DNA of 64,000 nt from Eledone cirrhosa (lineage: Eukaryota), in NCBI GenBank assembly GCA_964016885.1, contig OZ024741.1:103912001-103976000 (forward strand). Direction: 5' to 3'. The translations under genes and the position numbers were made by a program. Of the stretch, positions 1 through 12,209 are shown piece after piece (position 1 is the stretch's first letter; each line of letters starts with the position of its first letter). The notes beneath the pieces are model-generated. The model saw only the letters and a list, made by a program, of their open reading frames with translations, did no database searches and was not told the DNA's origin.

Positions 1-205
1 TCCAACAGAGCATGCTTGCCTCATTTCTCTCCAGCTGTTGCATATCCTCTGCAGTTGCTGCCCATGTCTTACTACCATGCAGCATTGCGCACCTCACACA
101 GGCATCATATAACCAGCCTTTCGTACGCAGAGAGAAACCCTTCTTCGTCCTTATTCTAGATACTATGGCCTCGGAACACCCCCTCCCATGCTAATCTGAT
201 CACCT
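1..205 (-). mobile_element. RTE-clade LINE fragment (family A, end of RT region), internally deleted
   Basis: Closely matches 12930-13170; the minus strand encodes GFSLRTK...LYDACVRCAMLHGS-like sequence. Confidence 0.85.
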
Positions 206-216
206 ATATATATATA

Positions 217-520
217 TTGAATATAGAAAAGTCTTCTACAGGACTAGAACTGTTTCATTCTGGAGAAATCATCAGGAAGCCGACTGTCCAAGTAATATGG
301 TGGTATTTATATCTTTTCTGGTGGTAGGAGAGGGTGGTGATTGGGATGGGGGGAGGTCATTGGTTGATGGGTTTAAAGAAAAGGGAATTCTTTAAAAACT
401 ATATTTAGAGTAACAAAGGCAGAAAGAATTCTATACACATGTTCACCCTGGGGGTGCCAATCCTGATTTTCAAGGTTCACTTAAGCTAACAATGGCTATG
501 GTCAGGTGTCTACAAACACA
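217..520 (-). repeat. Putative Penelope-like pseudo-LTR
   Basis: Carries the hammerhead; 296-510 recurs inverted at 17770-17982 and the ribozyme part recurs at 3840-3897. Confidence 0.65.
232..280 (-). ncRNA. Type I hammerhead ribozyme in a Penelope-like pLTR remnant
   Basis: Reverse complement reads CTTC-CTGATGA-TTTC TCCA GAAT-GAAA-CAG TTCTAGTC CTG-TA-GAAG: full core, three stems and a GUA cleavage triplet. Confidence 0.8.
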
Positions 521-559
521 CTCACACAAAGACACCTTCTTATACTTATATACTACTAC

Positions 560-1915
560 TGAGGAACCTTTAGGTGACTCTGATCATGCTATTATCATTG
601 CCAATCTATCCCTCATGGGCAGTAACAAAAACCACAACCATCTCCAAACTGCTCACTTTGACTGGAATAAAGCAGACTGGAACTGTTACTGCACCGAGTT
701 GCAATGTCCAAACTGGCTTGAGTTCTACGACTCTGGAGACGTCAACACTGTACTCCAGAACATCCTGAGCTCAATATGGACAGCATGTGCAGCATCGGTG
801 CCACGTAAGCAGAAAAAACATCCCAAAAGTGCAATTTGGGAGACTGCAGCAGTCCATCTTGCCAGAAAAGAACGTCGTAATGCTGAACGTGAGTACAAAC
901 TGCATAAATCAGATATCAATAGGAAGAAGCGAAAGAAATCATCCAACCATCTCAAACAGGTGACAAAAAAGGCAGTGCTTCAATTTGAGCAGCGCATAGC
1001 AACCAGCCCTGACAGTAAGGTGTTCTGGAAGTATGTTCACTCAAAGCAGAGGCTTCACTCTCCAGTTGGTCCTCATCACAATCCCCACACAAGCCAGGTT
1101 ATTGACGACCCCAAGCAATGCGCAGAGCTCATTGCTGAATGCTATGCAGGCATTTTCACTATTGAAGACCAGAGTGTACCGTCTCCACCACCTCTGACAT
1201 CGAATTCTATTACAACTATGGAATTTACACCTGCAATGCTGCAACGTCACCTTAAAAATAAATGCAACCATGCCTCTCCTGGTCTTGATGGTGTTACGTA
1301 CCTGCTTCTCAAACGTGGTGGGTACTTCCTTCTGCACCAATTATCACGCTTCTTTCAATACTATCTGAACAACAGTGCTACTCCAGAACAGTGGAAAACT
1401 GCCAGTTCAAAAAGGGTGACCGCACATCACCTGTGAACTATCGTCCAGTCAGTCTTACTAGCTACATTGCCAAACTGATGGAATCCTGTGTCAGAGAAGT
1501 TCTTTGGAACTTCTGGAACTCTCACAGTCTTATCTGGCCCTCGCAATTTGGATTTATCCCTAACTCCAGCTGCTGTGATAAACTTATCGAGTTTCTTGAA
1601 GACATCACCCGGATCACTGATGGCGGCTCATGGGTGGATGTTGTTTACCTTGACTTTGCTAAAGCTTTCAATTCTGTGCCACACAAAAGACTTATGGCAA
1701 AACTCTCTGCAATAGCTGTCGAGACACTGCATCCTTTAAAACCTCCATGCTTCCTGAGATTCGCCAACACTACACCTAATATTCCCCCTCCATACACACA
1801 CACGCATGTATATCACTTCCCTGATATTTGTATATTATTCTATGTACTATACATGCACCTTTGACGAGTTGTAGTGCACCTGAGCACTGTACACAATAAT
1901 TTCATTATTATTAAT
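560..1915 (+). mobile_element. CR1/L2-like LINE ORF2 remnant (endonuclease end, linker, RT N-half, deleted, then 3' UTR with (ATT)n)
   Basis: Motifs DSDH, KADW, FWKYV, SPGLDG, NYRPVSLTS, QFGF and VDVVYLDFAKAFNSVPH; frameshift near 1400; ends TTCATTATTATT. Confidence 0.85.
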
Positions 1916-2013
1916 CATTATTATTTCATTATTATTATTATTATAATATATATATATATACATATATATATATGTGTGTGTATACACACACACATATACA
2001 TACATATATACAT

Positions 2014-2058
<45 letters not shown>

Positions 2059-2065
2059 TATATCC

Positions 2066-2467
2066 AGGGGGTGTAACTAGGAGTTACTGCAGGTTCACCC
2101 GGGAGAGCACTCGATGTTTAGGTTCACTTCTGTGATGAGGTGTAGAGCTATACAGAGTGTAATATATAGAAAGGATAACAAGGACGATTGATTATTCCTT
2201 CATTGCATTTATTGATAGGTGACGCGCGTTTCGCCACTGATCAGCTCAAGGTTCGATCTGTTTCGATCCTACCCGACTCAATAATCGGCGGCTCGACGGA
2301 CCCTTTTAAAATGCTATGAGAAAACGAAATACATGCTATGTGCGGATTATTGAGTCGGGTAGGATCGATATAGATCGAACCTTGAGCAGATCAGTGGCGA
2401 AACGCGCGTCACCTATCAATAAATGCAATGAAGGAATAATCAATCGTCTTTTTATCCTTTCTATATA
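2066..2467. repeat. Composite fold-back element: ~100-bp leader plus ~120-bp inverted arms
   Basis: 2163-2286 is inverted at 2344-2467. A diverged copy is split between 23287-23380 and 29237-29474. Confidence 0.8.
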
Positions 2468-2744
2468 TATATATATGCATATACATATATATAAACATAT
2501 ATATACACAAATACATACATATAGATACACACACACACAATATATACATATATACACACACACAAACACAATATATACATATATACTCACACACATTATC
2601 ATCATCAACATCATTTAACTTCTATCTCCTATGCTAGCATGGGTTAGACAGGAATTGTCCCATTTGCGGTATGATTGGTCAGGTGACTATGTCTCGCTCG
2701 TATATATATATATACATACACACATACATATACACATACATACA

Positions 2745-2796
<52 letters not shown>

Positions 2797-2802
2797 CATA
2801 TT

Positions 2803-3580
2803 TTACTGCAGAGAATCTGCGCAGACTGGAGAGGAACGAAGCTTGCATGCTCCGCTGATGTGTAATAGTAGTATACGTGAACAGCAAAACATAAATGAAC
2901 TAAGTGAGAAATTAGGTATAAGAGGGATCAGATGCTGTTTACTCGAGAGAAGACTACATTGGTATGGTCAATTTATGCGCATGAAAGACAACAGCTGTAT
3001 CAAAAAAGTGCAGGGCGATCAAAATTGACGGAAGTACAGAGTAAGCAGACCCAGAAAAACCTGGGACAATTTGATAAATTCCGACCTTACACACTTACAC
3101 CTCTCTAAGACAATGTCACTGGGCCTAGATCTTTGGCGCTATGCAGTAATACAGAAGACCTGCCTTGCCTAAGTACAAAGCAAAACTTACAGTCAGTAGG
3201 CACCTCTTAATCAAAAATAACCCCCCACACACATACACACACACTCCCCCACCCCCACCCACATCAACACCACCCCTCTCTCTGTAAAGTTATGTTGGTA
3301 CCACAACATCCAGTCCTAAATAAATGAGGTTGTGTAGGTGTCATGACAAAAAAAAAAACACAGTACACGCTGTAATGTGGCCGTGTAGGTAACACGGTAA
3401 AAACCTCCCAGTCCACACTGTAAACGTGGTTGGAGTTAGGAAGGGCATCCAGCCGTAGAAAACCTGCCAGACAGTCCTATACGAGCGAGACGACCAATCT
3501 TCCCTCAAGTGGGACAATTCCCGTCTAAACCCATGCTAGCATGGAAGATAGACTTTAAACGATGATGATGATGATGATGA
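2803..3580 (+). mobile_element. RTE LINE family B 3' fragment, degenerate, with 3' UTR and (GAT)n tail
   Basis: [11 protein letters not shown]...ERRLHWYG; homologous to 11070-11980. Confidence 0.9.
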
Positions 3581-3599
3581 TGTGTGTGTGCATATATAC

Positions 3600-3636
<37 letters not shown>

Positions 3637-3847
3637 GATATAGATATATAGATAGATATATATACACATATATATCCATACATACATGCACACATACATA
3701 CACATATACACACATATATACATATACAAATATATATACATATATATATATTTATATAGCATAAGTTATTCTGGGTTGAATCGGAGGTAACCACAGTAAG
3801 TATGGTACTCAATACATAGCAGAGTATAAATGTTTTAATATAGAAGA

Positions 3848-3896
3848 GCTTCTACAGGACTAGAACTGTTTCATTCGTGAGAAATCATCAGGAAGC
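3848..3896 (-). ncRNA. Type I hammerhead ribozyme, same family as 232-280
   Basis: GCTTC-CTGATGA-TTTC TCAC GAAT-GAAA-CAG TTCTAGTC CTG-TA-GAAGC; 5-bp stem I. Confidence 0.8.
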
Positions 3897-3913
3897 GCAT
3901 ATATTTATATATA

Positions 3914-4125
3914 TCTATAGTATAAAGCTGACGGTCGTATGAAAGTAACAAACTTTCCGCCAAGCAGCTGGACCAAACGGCATCAAATTTGCACCATAGA
4001 TGTAACTTTTTCCAAGTAAGAAAATGAGGGTGTTTTTTTCTACTGAATTTTGTTAAAAGATTAAAGACATTATTTAAATATTCACTTCTTTAAAATTTTC
4101 AAATGTCAATACTTCCGGTTATACG
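3914..4125 (+). mobile_element. Non-autonomous Helitron-like 5' fragment
   Basis: Starts A|TCTATAGTATAAAG; shares ATTCACTTCT..AAATTTTCAAATGTCAA.ACTTCCGGTT with the elements at 49389-50381. Confidence 0.5.
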
Positions 4126-4559
4126 ACATTCCTAACGTCTTCACAAACCAAAGTATCATCTTCCTGTTTTCTTTCAGTTGCAACATTTGCGAATCTATTT
4201 ATAGACAGGTGTGACTGAAAGGTCAAGCCACACTTCCATTCTATTTCACAGAATTAGAAGCTTTGACCACTTGATAGAATTCAGGACCAGTAATGTAATC
4301 ACTCTGTAATTATAAACATCTTGTATCACTATCATTCAGGTTTTGATTTTACTGCGGATTTACCCATGCGAAATATTACACAAACTCACAGCCTTAGATT
4401 TTGTACTTCTAACTTTTTTATTTTCCTTCTCTTTGCATTGCTCTTTCTCTTCCACTGTATTTACCTACCTCTCACATGACCACACTCATCTCCACACACT
4501 CATAATCTTCTCCCCCCTTCTCCACTTTCTATTCCTCCCTCTACTCACCCCTTACTTCG

Positions 4560-7500
4560 TCCTCGCGCACAGCCCACCTATGTCTTCGTTCAACCCATCG
4601 GTGGCCCGATATTTCGATCGAACTATCACCGGCGATTGCCAATTGATAAAGTTGCCACCGCTTTAACCTAATCCACTCTAGGTGGCAGAGGCATGCGTCA
4701 AATGACCAAGAGAGCTGCTTGGTGGAACGCCTATGTGACAACCGGTCAGCCTTCGACCTCTCATTCTCCACCAACTTTGGCACGCACGAGAGGAGCTAAC
4801 TTGTCGCCACCTACCCCCTCTCCTCTTCACCACCGATTCCGAGCAAATTCAACCCGGCCAACCCCACCATCCCTACAACTGTTAGCCCACCACCCAACCT
4901 CCACTCTAGTCCCACCGTTAGAACCACTGCTGCCTCCTTTACTGACTCACTCCCTCCACCGAATTCCAACGCTGGCCCTCTACTGCCAGCTGCTGCCAGC
5001 CCACCACCTGATTGCGCTCTCTGCGCCCGCACTAGCCGGTACTTAAAGACAATTAAATGTCACCTATGCCATGCAAGCTACCACAGAAGCTCTGTCAGCA
5101 TCACCAAAGCTCAAGCCGACACAGCTTCAATACTGGACCTGTAATCGGTGCCACTTCAGCTCCGACGTATTCCATGGGGATGCACCACACTTTGATGACC
5201 AACTCTCTACCGAGGACTTTGCCACAGCCCTCCAGCGTTTCTCCAAATCAAAGCTCGTTAACCGGATCCCTTAGAGACCTCGGAATAGCTTTGCACGTGC
5301 CCTCTCTAATTTATTGAAAAATGTTTGCTCGTCCAACAATAGGTCTGACTGGCAGAAATTCTTTTTGTTTCCCCTCATTTCTCATCACGTGCACAATGCG
5401 AATTCGGGTTCCCTCACGTCCTCTCTCAAGCGGCAGTTCCAGCTGTTTGAGTCTACCCCAACCACATCTCACTTCAGTTTGACATTGAGCCCGGTGTCAA
5501 CCAACAGACAACCGATAGACCTCAAGCGACCAGTCAATACCAAATTCAGTGAATATGACATTAGAGGGGCTGTCCGTCTCCTCTCTTCTCTGTCCTCCCT
5601 CGCTCCTTGCAACTCTGATTCTCTTGAGCGACTGAAAGAGAAGCACCCATCGGCACACCTGGATGATTAGCTACACTGGCCCTAACCACCAGAATACTCG
5701 AGACCGGTTTACACCACTGGGTCAGGCGTGGGAATTGACGGCCTTTGTCCTCAATACCTCAAGGATGGTATCTCCTTATCGGCCAGTGACGCTTGACTCG
5801 AGCTCTTGGATAGTCTGACTCAGTTTGTGAATCAGTTCTCTTCAGTGAACATTCTCCCGTTCATCTGCCCACTGTTCTTTGGTGCGAAGCTATTTGGTCT
5901 CACCAAGCCCAACCGAGACCTGCACTCCAATGTGGTTGGCTGCACCCTTCGCCGCCTCACTGTAAAGGCGTCTTTGCTGTTGGTCTCCGACTCACTAGCA
6001 GAGGAATTTTCCCTTATCCAGTTGGGGGTGGGTACCAAGTTGGGATGTGAGGCTGCTGTCCACGCTACCAGAGCCTTTACCAACTTGCCCTCCTCGTTCC
6101 CCAAGGTCATCCTCAAACTTGACCTCAGGAATGCCTTCAACTCCGTCATCTGTGACGTCGTCCTCGGCTCAGTAAGAGAGAGGGTCCCACAACTCTACCA
6201 CTTTGCTTGGCAGGCTTATCGGGAGCCCTCCTACCTCTCTTTCAGTGACCAGATCATCTCCTCTGCCTCAGGAGTCCAACAGGATGACCCACTCAGGCCC
6301 GCTCTGTTTGCACTGGGCATTGATGACGTCACCAAGATGGGGGTAGAGTTGGACCTCAGTGTCTGGTACCTCGACGATGCTTGTTTGGGGGGGAACTCCG
6401 GATATGGTTCTCGCCACTGCCAACAAAATGGTTGAGGAGCTTGGCCCCTGGAGTCTCGAGGTCAATAGCTCCAAATGTGAGCTCTGGATCCTCAACCACC
6501 CGGCTTCTCAACACCAACAGCTAATTGACCTGTTTGCAGAGTCCTTCCCTTCCATCGCGGTCCCTCCCACGTCGGCTTGGTGCTCCTTAGGAACCCCAAT
6601 CACAGACCTGACCCGAGTGCCTGGTCAATGTTAGACTCTCTCCAGAGTCCCGCGATCAGGCTGCGTTGCCCAAGCGATTTGGGGGTCTTGGTCTTCGTAA
6701 GTGTTCATGCCTCTTTTTCCCCTGCTTCCTTTCCTCCGCCCACGTTTGCTCCACCCTGGTGAGCAGCATCCTCTTGTCTCCAACATCGACTAGTTCCAAC
6801 AGGGAGTTGGGTGAAGCTCTCCAGCAATGGAGTGAGTTGGGCTTGTCTCTTCCTGAGAAGGTGGAGGACAGTCGAAGTCAGAGAGCATGGGATACCTTTG
6901 ACTTCCTCTTCATCCAGTCAGATCAGTTTGCAAGGTGCCGCTTACTATCTGCCAGCGGCAAATACTCAGGCGACTGGGTTGATGCCCTACCCGTGGCCAA
7001 CGTTGGTGGACTACTCTGCCTGGACGAACTTCATGTCTCCATCGCCCTCAGAGTGGGAGCTGACGTCTGCATGGGTTTGAGGTGCCGATGCGGCAAACTC
7101 CTCGACTCCACAGGCCTCCACGGTTTTTCTTGCCGCCTGAATACCAGCTGCTTCGTACGTCACACGCAGCGAAACCTCATTCTCAGGAGAGCTTTGGCCC
7201 GGCCGAACATCCCCTCAATCTTAGAACCATCTGGGTTGTCCATAAGTGACAGCAAAAGACCTGACGGCCTTACCCCGTGCCCCTGGTCGAGAGGCAGGTG
7301 CCTTGTCTGGGACGTCACTGTTAGTGACTCTTTTGCTTCCCACATCCTGGATGCTGCGGTTAGGACGAGAGCCACAGCTTCCGCAGCCGAGCGGAGTAAG
7401 GCCCTCAAATTCTGTGATCTGTCGGCCAGCTACATTTTCAGCCTGTGGCTTTCGAGACGTTTGGAGGAGTCGGGCCGCTGACTGCGAGATTCCTCTCTTC

Positions 7501-7735
7501 ACTCGCGGCTCGCCTAATAGAGGTAATTGGCGAATCTCGCGAGGGCGCTTGGTTGTTCCAGCGCATTAGCCTCGCCATCACCCGAGGCAACGCTGCGAGT
7601 GTGCTGGCTTGCCTCAAAAATCATTAGAGAGGTTGCCCGGTACTCCTCGCGACGCTACTGTCTTTTGCTCTGGTGTTGACTCGGTTGTTCACCCCTCCCT
7701 TTACATTTTCTTTAATGTTGCAACATTAAAAGAAT
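4560..7735 (+). mobile_element. CRE-like non-LTR retrotransposon (PHD finger, RT, restriction-like endonuclease), pseudogenised
   Basis: RT motifs QLGVG..GCEAAVH, KLDLRNAFNSV, GVQQDDPL and WYLDD; GGLG; CRCG...HGFSC, RH, KRPDG, WDVT, AE..K..K, AFETFG, RGNA; several frameshifts. The 5' boundary is approximate. Confidence 0.85.
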
Positions 7736-7998
7736 ATATCTTTCTGAAAGAATCGCGAGTACGTTATACATGTGGAAAAAGTAGATAGGTAAGAAGTACT
7801 AGGGTGGGATGGCGGTGGAGGGGATATTTTGTCGAGTAGGGTTTTATTTTTTTTTATTTTTATCCATCTTGCTTCAACACTGGCTTAAGATATTTGAAAG
7901 TTGCCAAGCTTTTCTGCATGAAATTCGGGCAGTGTTCAGAGATATGTATATATATATTTGTATTTGTATATGTGTGTATATGTGTATGTATGTGTATG

Positions 7999-8070
<72 letters not shown>

Positions 8071-8145
8071 CATACACATACATACACATGTATATGTATA
8101 TGTGTGTATATGTGTATGTATGTGTATGTATTATATATATATATA

Positions 8146-9128
8146 TCATCATCATCATCATCATCACCGTTTTACGTCCGTTCTTCCATGCTAGCATGGG
8201 TTAGACGGGTTGCCCTGTTGTGGGCAGTGTCTGGTCGGCTGACCATGCCTTGCTCATACAGGAATTGATTTTGGCTTGATTTCTACAGCTGGATGCCCTT
8301 CTTAACACCAACCTCATTTACAGTGAGTGCTGGGTGCTTTTTTCCGTGGCGCCTACACGTCCACTTTACAGTGTGGGCTGGGTGCTTTTTTGCCGTGGCA
8401 CCTCCACGACCACTTTGCAGTGGGAGGGTGTGGGGGCATATTGTCTATATGCTTCAGCTTGTACCCATGGGAGGTCGGGTACTCTGTATTACTGCGTGAT
8501 GCCAGAGGTCACGGTCGTGTGTCATCGCCTTTGAGAGGTGCAACTAGGTAAGGTCGGCCCCTATCACCTCATCCCAGGTCTTCTTGGGTGTCCCCACTCC
8601 GCGGCTTCCATTGACTTCTAGTGCTCTGCACCTTTTTATGCAGCTGTCATCCTTCATACGCATCACATGTCCATACCAACGCATCCGCCTCTCCTGCACA
8701 CAGCATTTGATTCCTCTGATGCTCAGTCTCTCTCTCAATTCATTTATGCTTTGCCGTTACACATCCATCGGAGCATGCAGGCTTCATTTCTTTCTAATCT
8801 ACATAAGTCTTCCACCTTCAGCACCCAGGTCTCACTACCATGTAACATTGCTGTTCGGATACACGCATCATACAGTCTGCCTTTCATTTTGAGGGAGAAG
8901 CCTTTTGCAGCTAGCAGTGGCAGTAGTTCCCTGAACTTCTTCCATCCCGTTCTTACCCTAGTTATTGTACTTTCTAAACACCAACCTCCGCTGCTAATTC
9001 GGTCACCTAGGTAGCAGAAGCTGTCTACTGTTTCTACAGAGCCCTCCCAGAGATTCGTGGTACTTGTTTCCTGTGGCTGTTTGCTGCTTGCTGTCCCAGC
9101 ACAGCTGCTACATGTGAAGCCTACATTC
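8146..9128 (-). mobile_element. RTE LINE family C, 5'-truncated, with 3' UTR and (GAT)n tail
   Basis: VDSFCYLGD, KGRLYDACIRTAMLHGSETW, RRMRWYGHVMR. Confidence 0.92.
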
Positions 9129-9231
9129 TTAATTAATATATATATATATAATACATACACATACATACACATATACACACATATACATATACAAATATAT
9201 ATATACATATCTCTGAACACTGCCCGAATTA

Positions 9232-9746
9232 GATCTTAAAGTGGCTTTACATTTTGGATTTTTTGTTCAGGAACGGCGTGGCAGCCGCTTAAATATTCGA
9301 AAATACCACCTTTTCTCTCAAATTTCCGCCTTTTCGGATCTAGCTCCCAGATTTTTCAACTGATTTTCGTTCAAATTTGAAACTTCGGCTCCACCTCACA
9401 CATAAATCAATTTATTTGGTTCAACTTTTATACTATGATAGAACCTATCATTGCACATCTTATAGATGGTCAAAGGCAAAACGATGGCCACTGACGTCGT
9501 CTGAGCTTTTAGTTGTGTATTTGAGAATTCATCGGTTTCCAATCAATTAGCGCGAGGAAATTTGGCCAGCATGCCCCTTCGTCAGTCACTCGCGTTTCTC
9601 AGTGATAGAGGTCATCACCACCCTCCCCCGCATGGCCTGTGTGTGACCATAGATGAGTCATCGAGAAGCAGTCGCTAAGATCAACACCTTTTCATCAAAG
9701 CAGATATTATTTTACCTACCCAGGCAACGCTGGGTACTGCTGCTAG
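9232..9746 (+). mobile_element. Non-autonomous Helitron 3' part
   Basis: Ends with hairpin CCCAG-GCAACG-CTGGG, then CTAG|T; same terminus style as 53383-53410. Confidence 0.6.
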
Positions 9747-10080
9747 TATATATATATATATATATATACGTGTGTGTGTATGTCTGTGTGCATGTATGTG
9801 CCACTGTATGTTAAAAAAATATAAAAAATATATATTAAAAAATAAATTAAAAAATATATAAATATATTTCGTTTCTGAATTTGTTTAGCAAGATTCTTTA
9901 TCTGAAATCGTGTGTTGAAACCGATATTGTTATACTTTGGGAGGGTCATGTTGCAAATAAGAAACACACGCACCAGTTGCTTTCACTTCAATTTATTATA
10001 ATAAATTTATAATAAATTTATAAATTTATAAATTTCTGGTTGGTTGGTTGGTTCCACAACCAGATAGTTGTTTATATATT

Positions 10081-10123
10081 GTCATAGTTCTTTCGTCACA
10101 CACTCTGTGACCTCTTCAGTGAC
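10081..10123 (-). ncRNA. Minimal type I hammerhead ribozyme in the inverted pLTR
   Basis: GTCA-CTGAAGA-G-GTCACA GAGTG TGTGAC-GAAA-GAAC-TA-TGAC; extra G before stem II, 2-bp stem III. Confidence 0.65.
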
Positions 10124-10560
10124 TGGATAAATGAACACTGGCGGGACCTTCAAGATAGTAAAGAATCATCTGTACTCTACCAACATGCTAAAATAGAACA
10201 CAAGGGTAAATTAGAGAACATAGAAATAAAAATAGAATCTACACACAGAAAAGACGCAATGTTTAGGCAAATTACAGAGGCAATAAACATAAAAGAATTT
10301 CAACCAAAATTAAATAGAAAATATGAGTGGAACAGCAACATCACAACTTACAATTAAGGACAAAATGAAAACACACACGCACATAGAACAAACAACCAAC
10401 CAGTAAAATGTAAATAAACAAATAAATAAATGAACATAAACACACACACAGACACCCGGATGTGGCGCATGCGCAGACTGAGCACACAACACACACACAG
10501 AAACAAAATGGCGTAGGACAGAACAAAGGAGAGGCACAGAAACAAAGAAAAGAATCCCCA

Positions 10561-10603
10561 GTCACTGAAGAGGTCACAGAGTGTGTGACGAAAGAACTAT
10601 GAC
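10561..10603 (+). ncRNA. Minimal type I hammerhead ribozyme in the direct pLTR
   Basis: Same sequence as 10081-10123 in sense orientation, about 200 nt downstream of the GIY-YIG stop. Confidence 0.65.
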
Positions 10604-10771
10604 AATATATAAACAACTATCTGGTTGTGGAAGCAACCAACCAACCAGAAATTTATAAATTTATTATAATAAATTGAAGTGAAAGCAACTGGTGCGTGTG
10701 TTTCTTATTGGCAACATGACCCTCCCAAAGTATAACAATATATAAGTATAAATATATATATATGTATATAT

Positions 10772-11983
10772 ATGTGGCCGGTGCTCTGGTGCAATAAGTA
10801 GCAGCAAGTGCCCACAAAATACTAGCTCTTTCAATTGCGCAGAGGGTTCTATAGAAATAGTGGACAGCTTCCGTTACCTGGGTGACAAAATCAGCAGTGG
10901 GGGAGGGTGCTCTGAAAGTACAGTAGCTAGAGTCAGAACTGGATGGAAAAAGTTCAGAGAGCTTATACCACTATTAGCCACTAAAGGGTTCTCCCTAAAA
11001 ATGAAAGGCAGGTTGTATGATGCCTGCATACGAACAGCAATGTTGCATGGCAGTGAGACCTGGGCATTGTGTGCAGAGGATATACGCAGACTAGAGAGGA
11101 ACGAAGCTTGCATGCTCCGCTGGATGTGTAATAGTAATATACGTGAACGGCAAAGCATAAACGAACTAAGGAAAAAATTAGAAATAAGAGGGATCAGATG
11201 TTGTTTACTCGAAAGAAGGCTACGTTGGTATGGTCACGTGATGCGCATGAAAGACGACAGCTGTATAACAAAGTGCAGGGCAATAAAGATAGATGGTAGC
11301 CACGGAGTAGGCAGACCCAGAAAAACCTGGGACGAGCTGATAAATTCAGACCTCACACACTTACACCTCTCCAAGACAATGTCACTGGACCGAGACCTTT
11401 TTTTTGGCGGTACTCAGTAATAGAGAAGACCCGCCTTACCTAAATACAAAGTAAAACCTACTACAGTCAGTAGGCATCTCTAACAAAATACACTCCGTCC
11501 CACCACCCCCACCCCATCCACACCGCCCCTTTCAATGTAAAGTTATGTTGGTGCCACAACATCCAGGCCGAAACAAATGAGATCGTGTAGGTGCCACAAC
11601 ATCCAGGCCAAAACAAATGAGATCGTGTAGGTGTCACGACAAAAAACACACAGTCCACGCTGTAATGTGGCCGTGTAGGCAACACGGTAAAAACCTCCCA
11701 GTCCCACACTGTAAATGTGGTTGGTGTTAGGAAGGGCATCCAGCTGTAGAAAACCCGCCAGACAGTCCACGCTGTAATGTGGCCGTGTAAGCAACACGGT
11801 AAAAACCTCCCAGCCCCACACTGTAAATGTGGTTGGTGTTAGGAAGGGCATCCAGCTATAGAAAACCCGCCAGACAGTCCTATGCGAGCAAGACAACCAC
11901 TCTTGCCTCAAGTGGGAAAACTCCTGTCCAAACCCATGCAAGCGTGGAACATGGACGTTAAACGATGATGATGATGATGATGA
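10772..11983 (+). mobile_element. RTE LINE family B, 5'-truncated, with tandem duplications in the 3' UTR
   Basis: ORF 10860-11420; near-identical to 36295-36960 and 57110-57770. Confidence 0.93.
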
Positions 11984-12209
11984 TATATATATATATATAT
12001 ATACATGTATATATATATATATATATATGTATATATTGTGTGTGTGCATATTTATATGTATATATTTGTGTATATATATTATGTGTGTGAGTATATATGT
12101 ATATATTGTGTGTGTGTGTCATCATCATCATCATCATCTTCGTTTAACGTCCATTTTCCACGCTAGCATGGGTTAGCCGGGTGTATTTATATGTATGTAT
12201 TTGTGTATA

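Larger units (their letters stand above)
9866..10742 (+). mobile_element. 5'-truncated Penelope-like element: inverted pLTR, GIY-YIG C-terminus, direct pLTR
   Basis: 10127-10357 translates INEHWRDLQDSKESSVLYQH...RQITEAINIKEFQPKLNRKYEW...stop; 9923-10126 is inverted at 10558-10741; (TA)-rich flanks. Confidence 0.85.
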
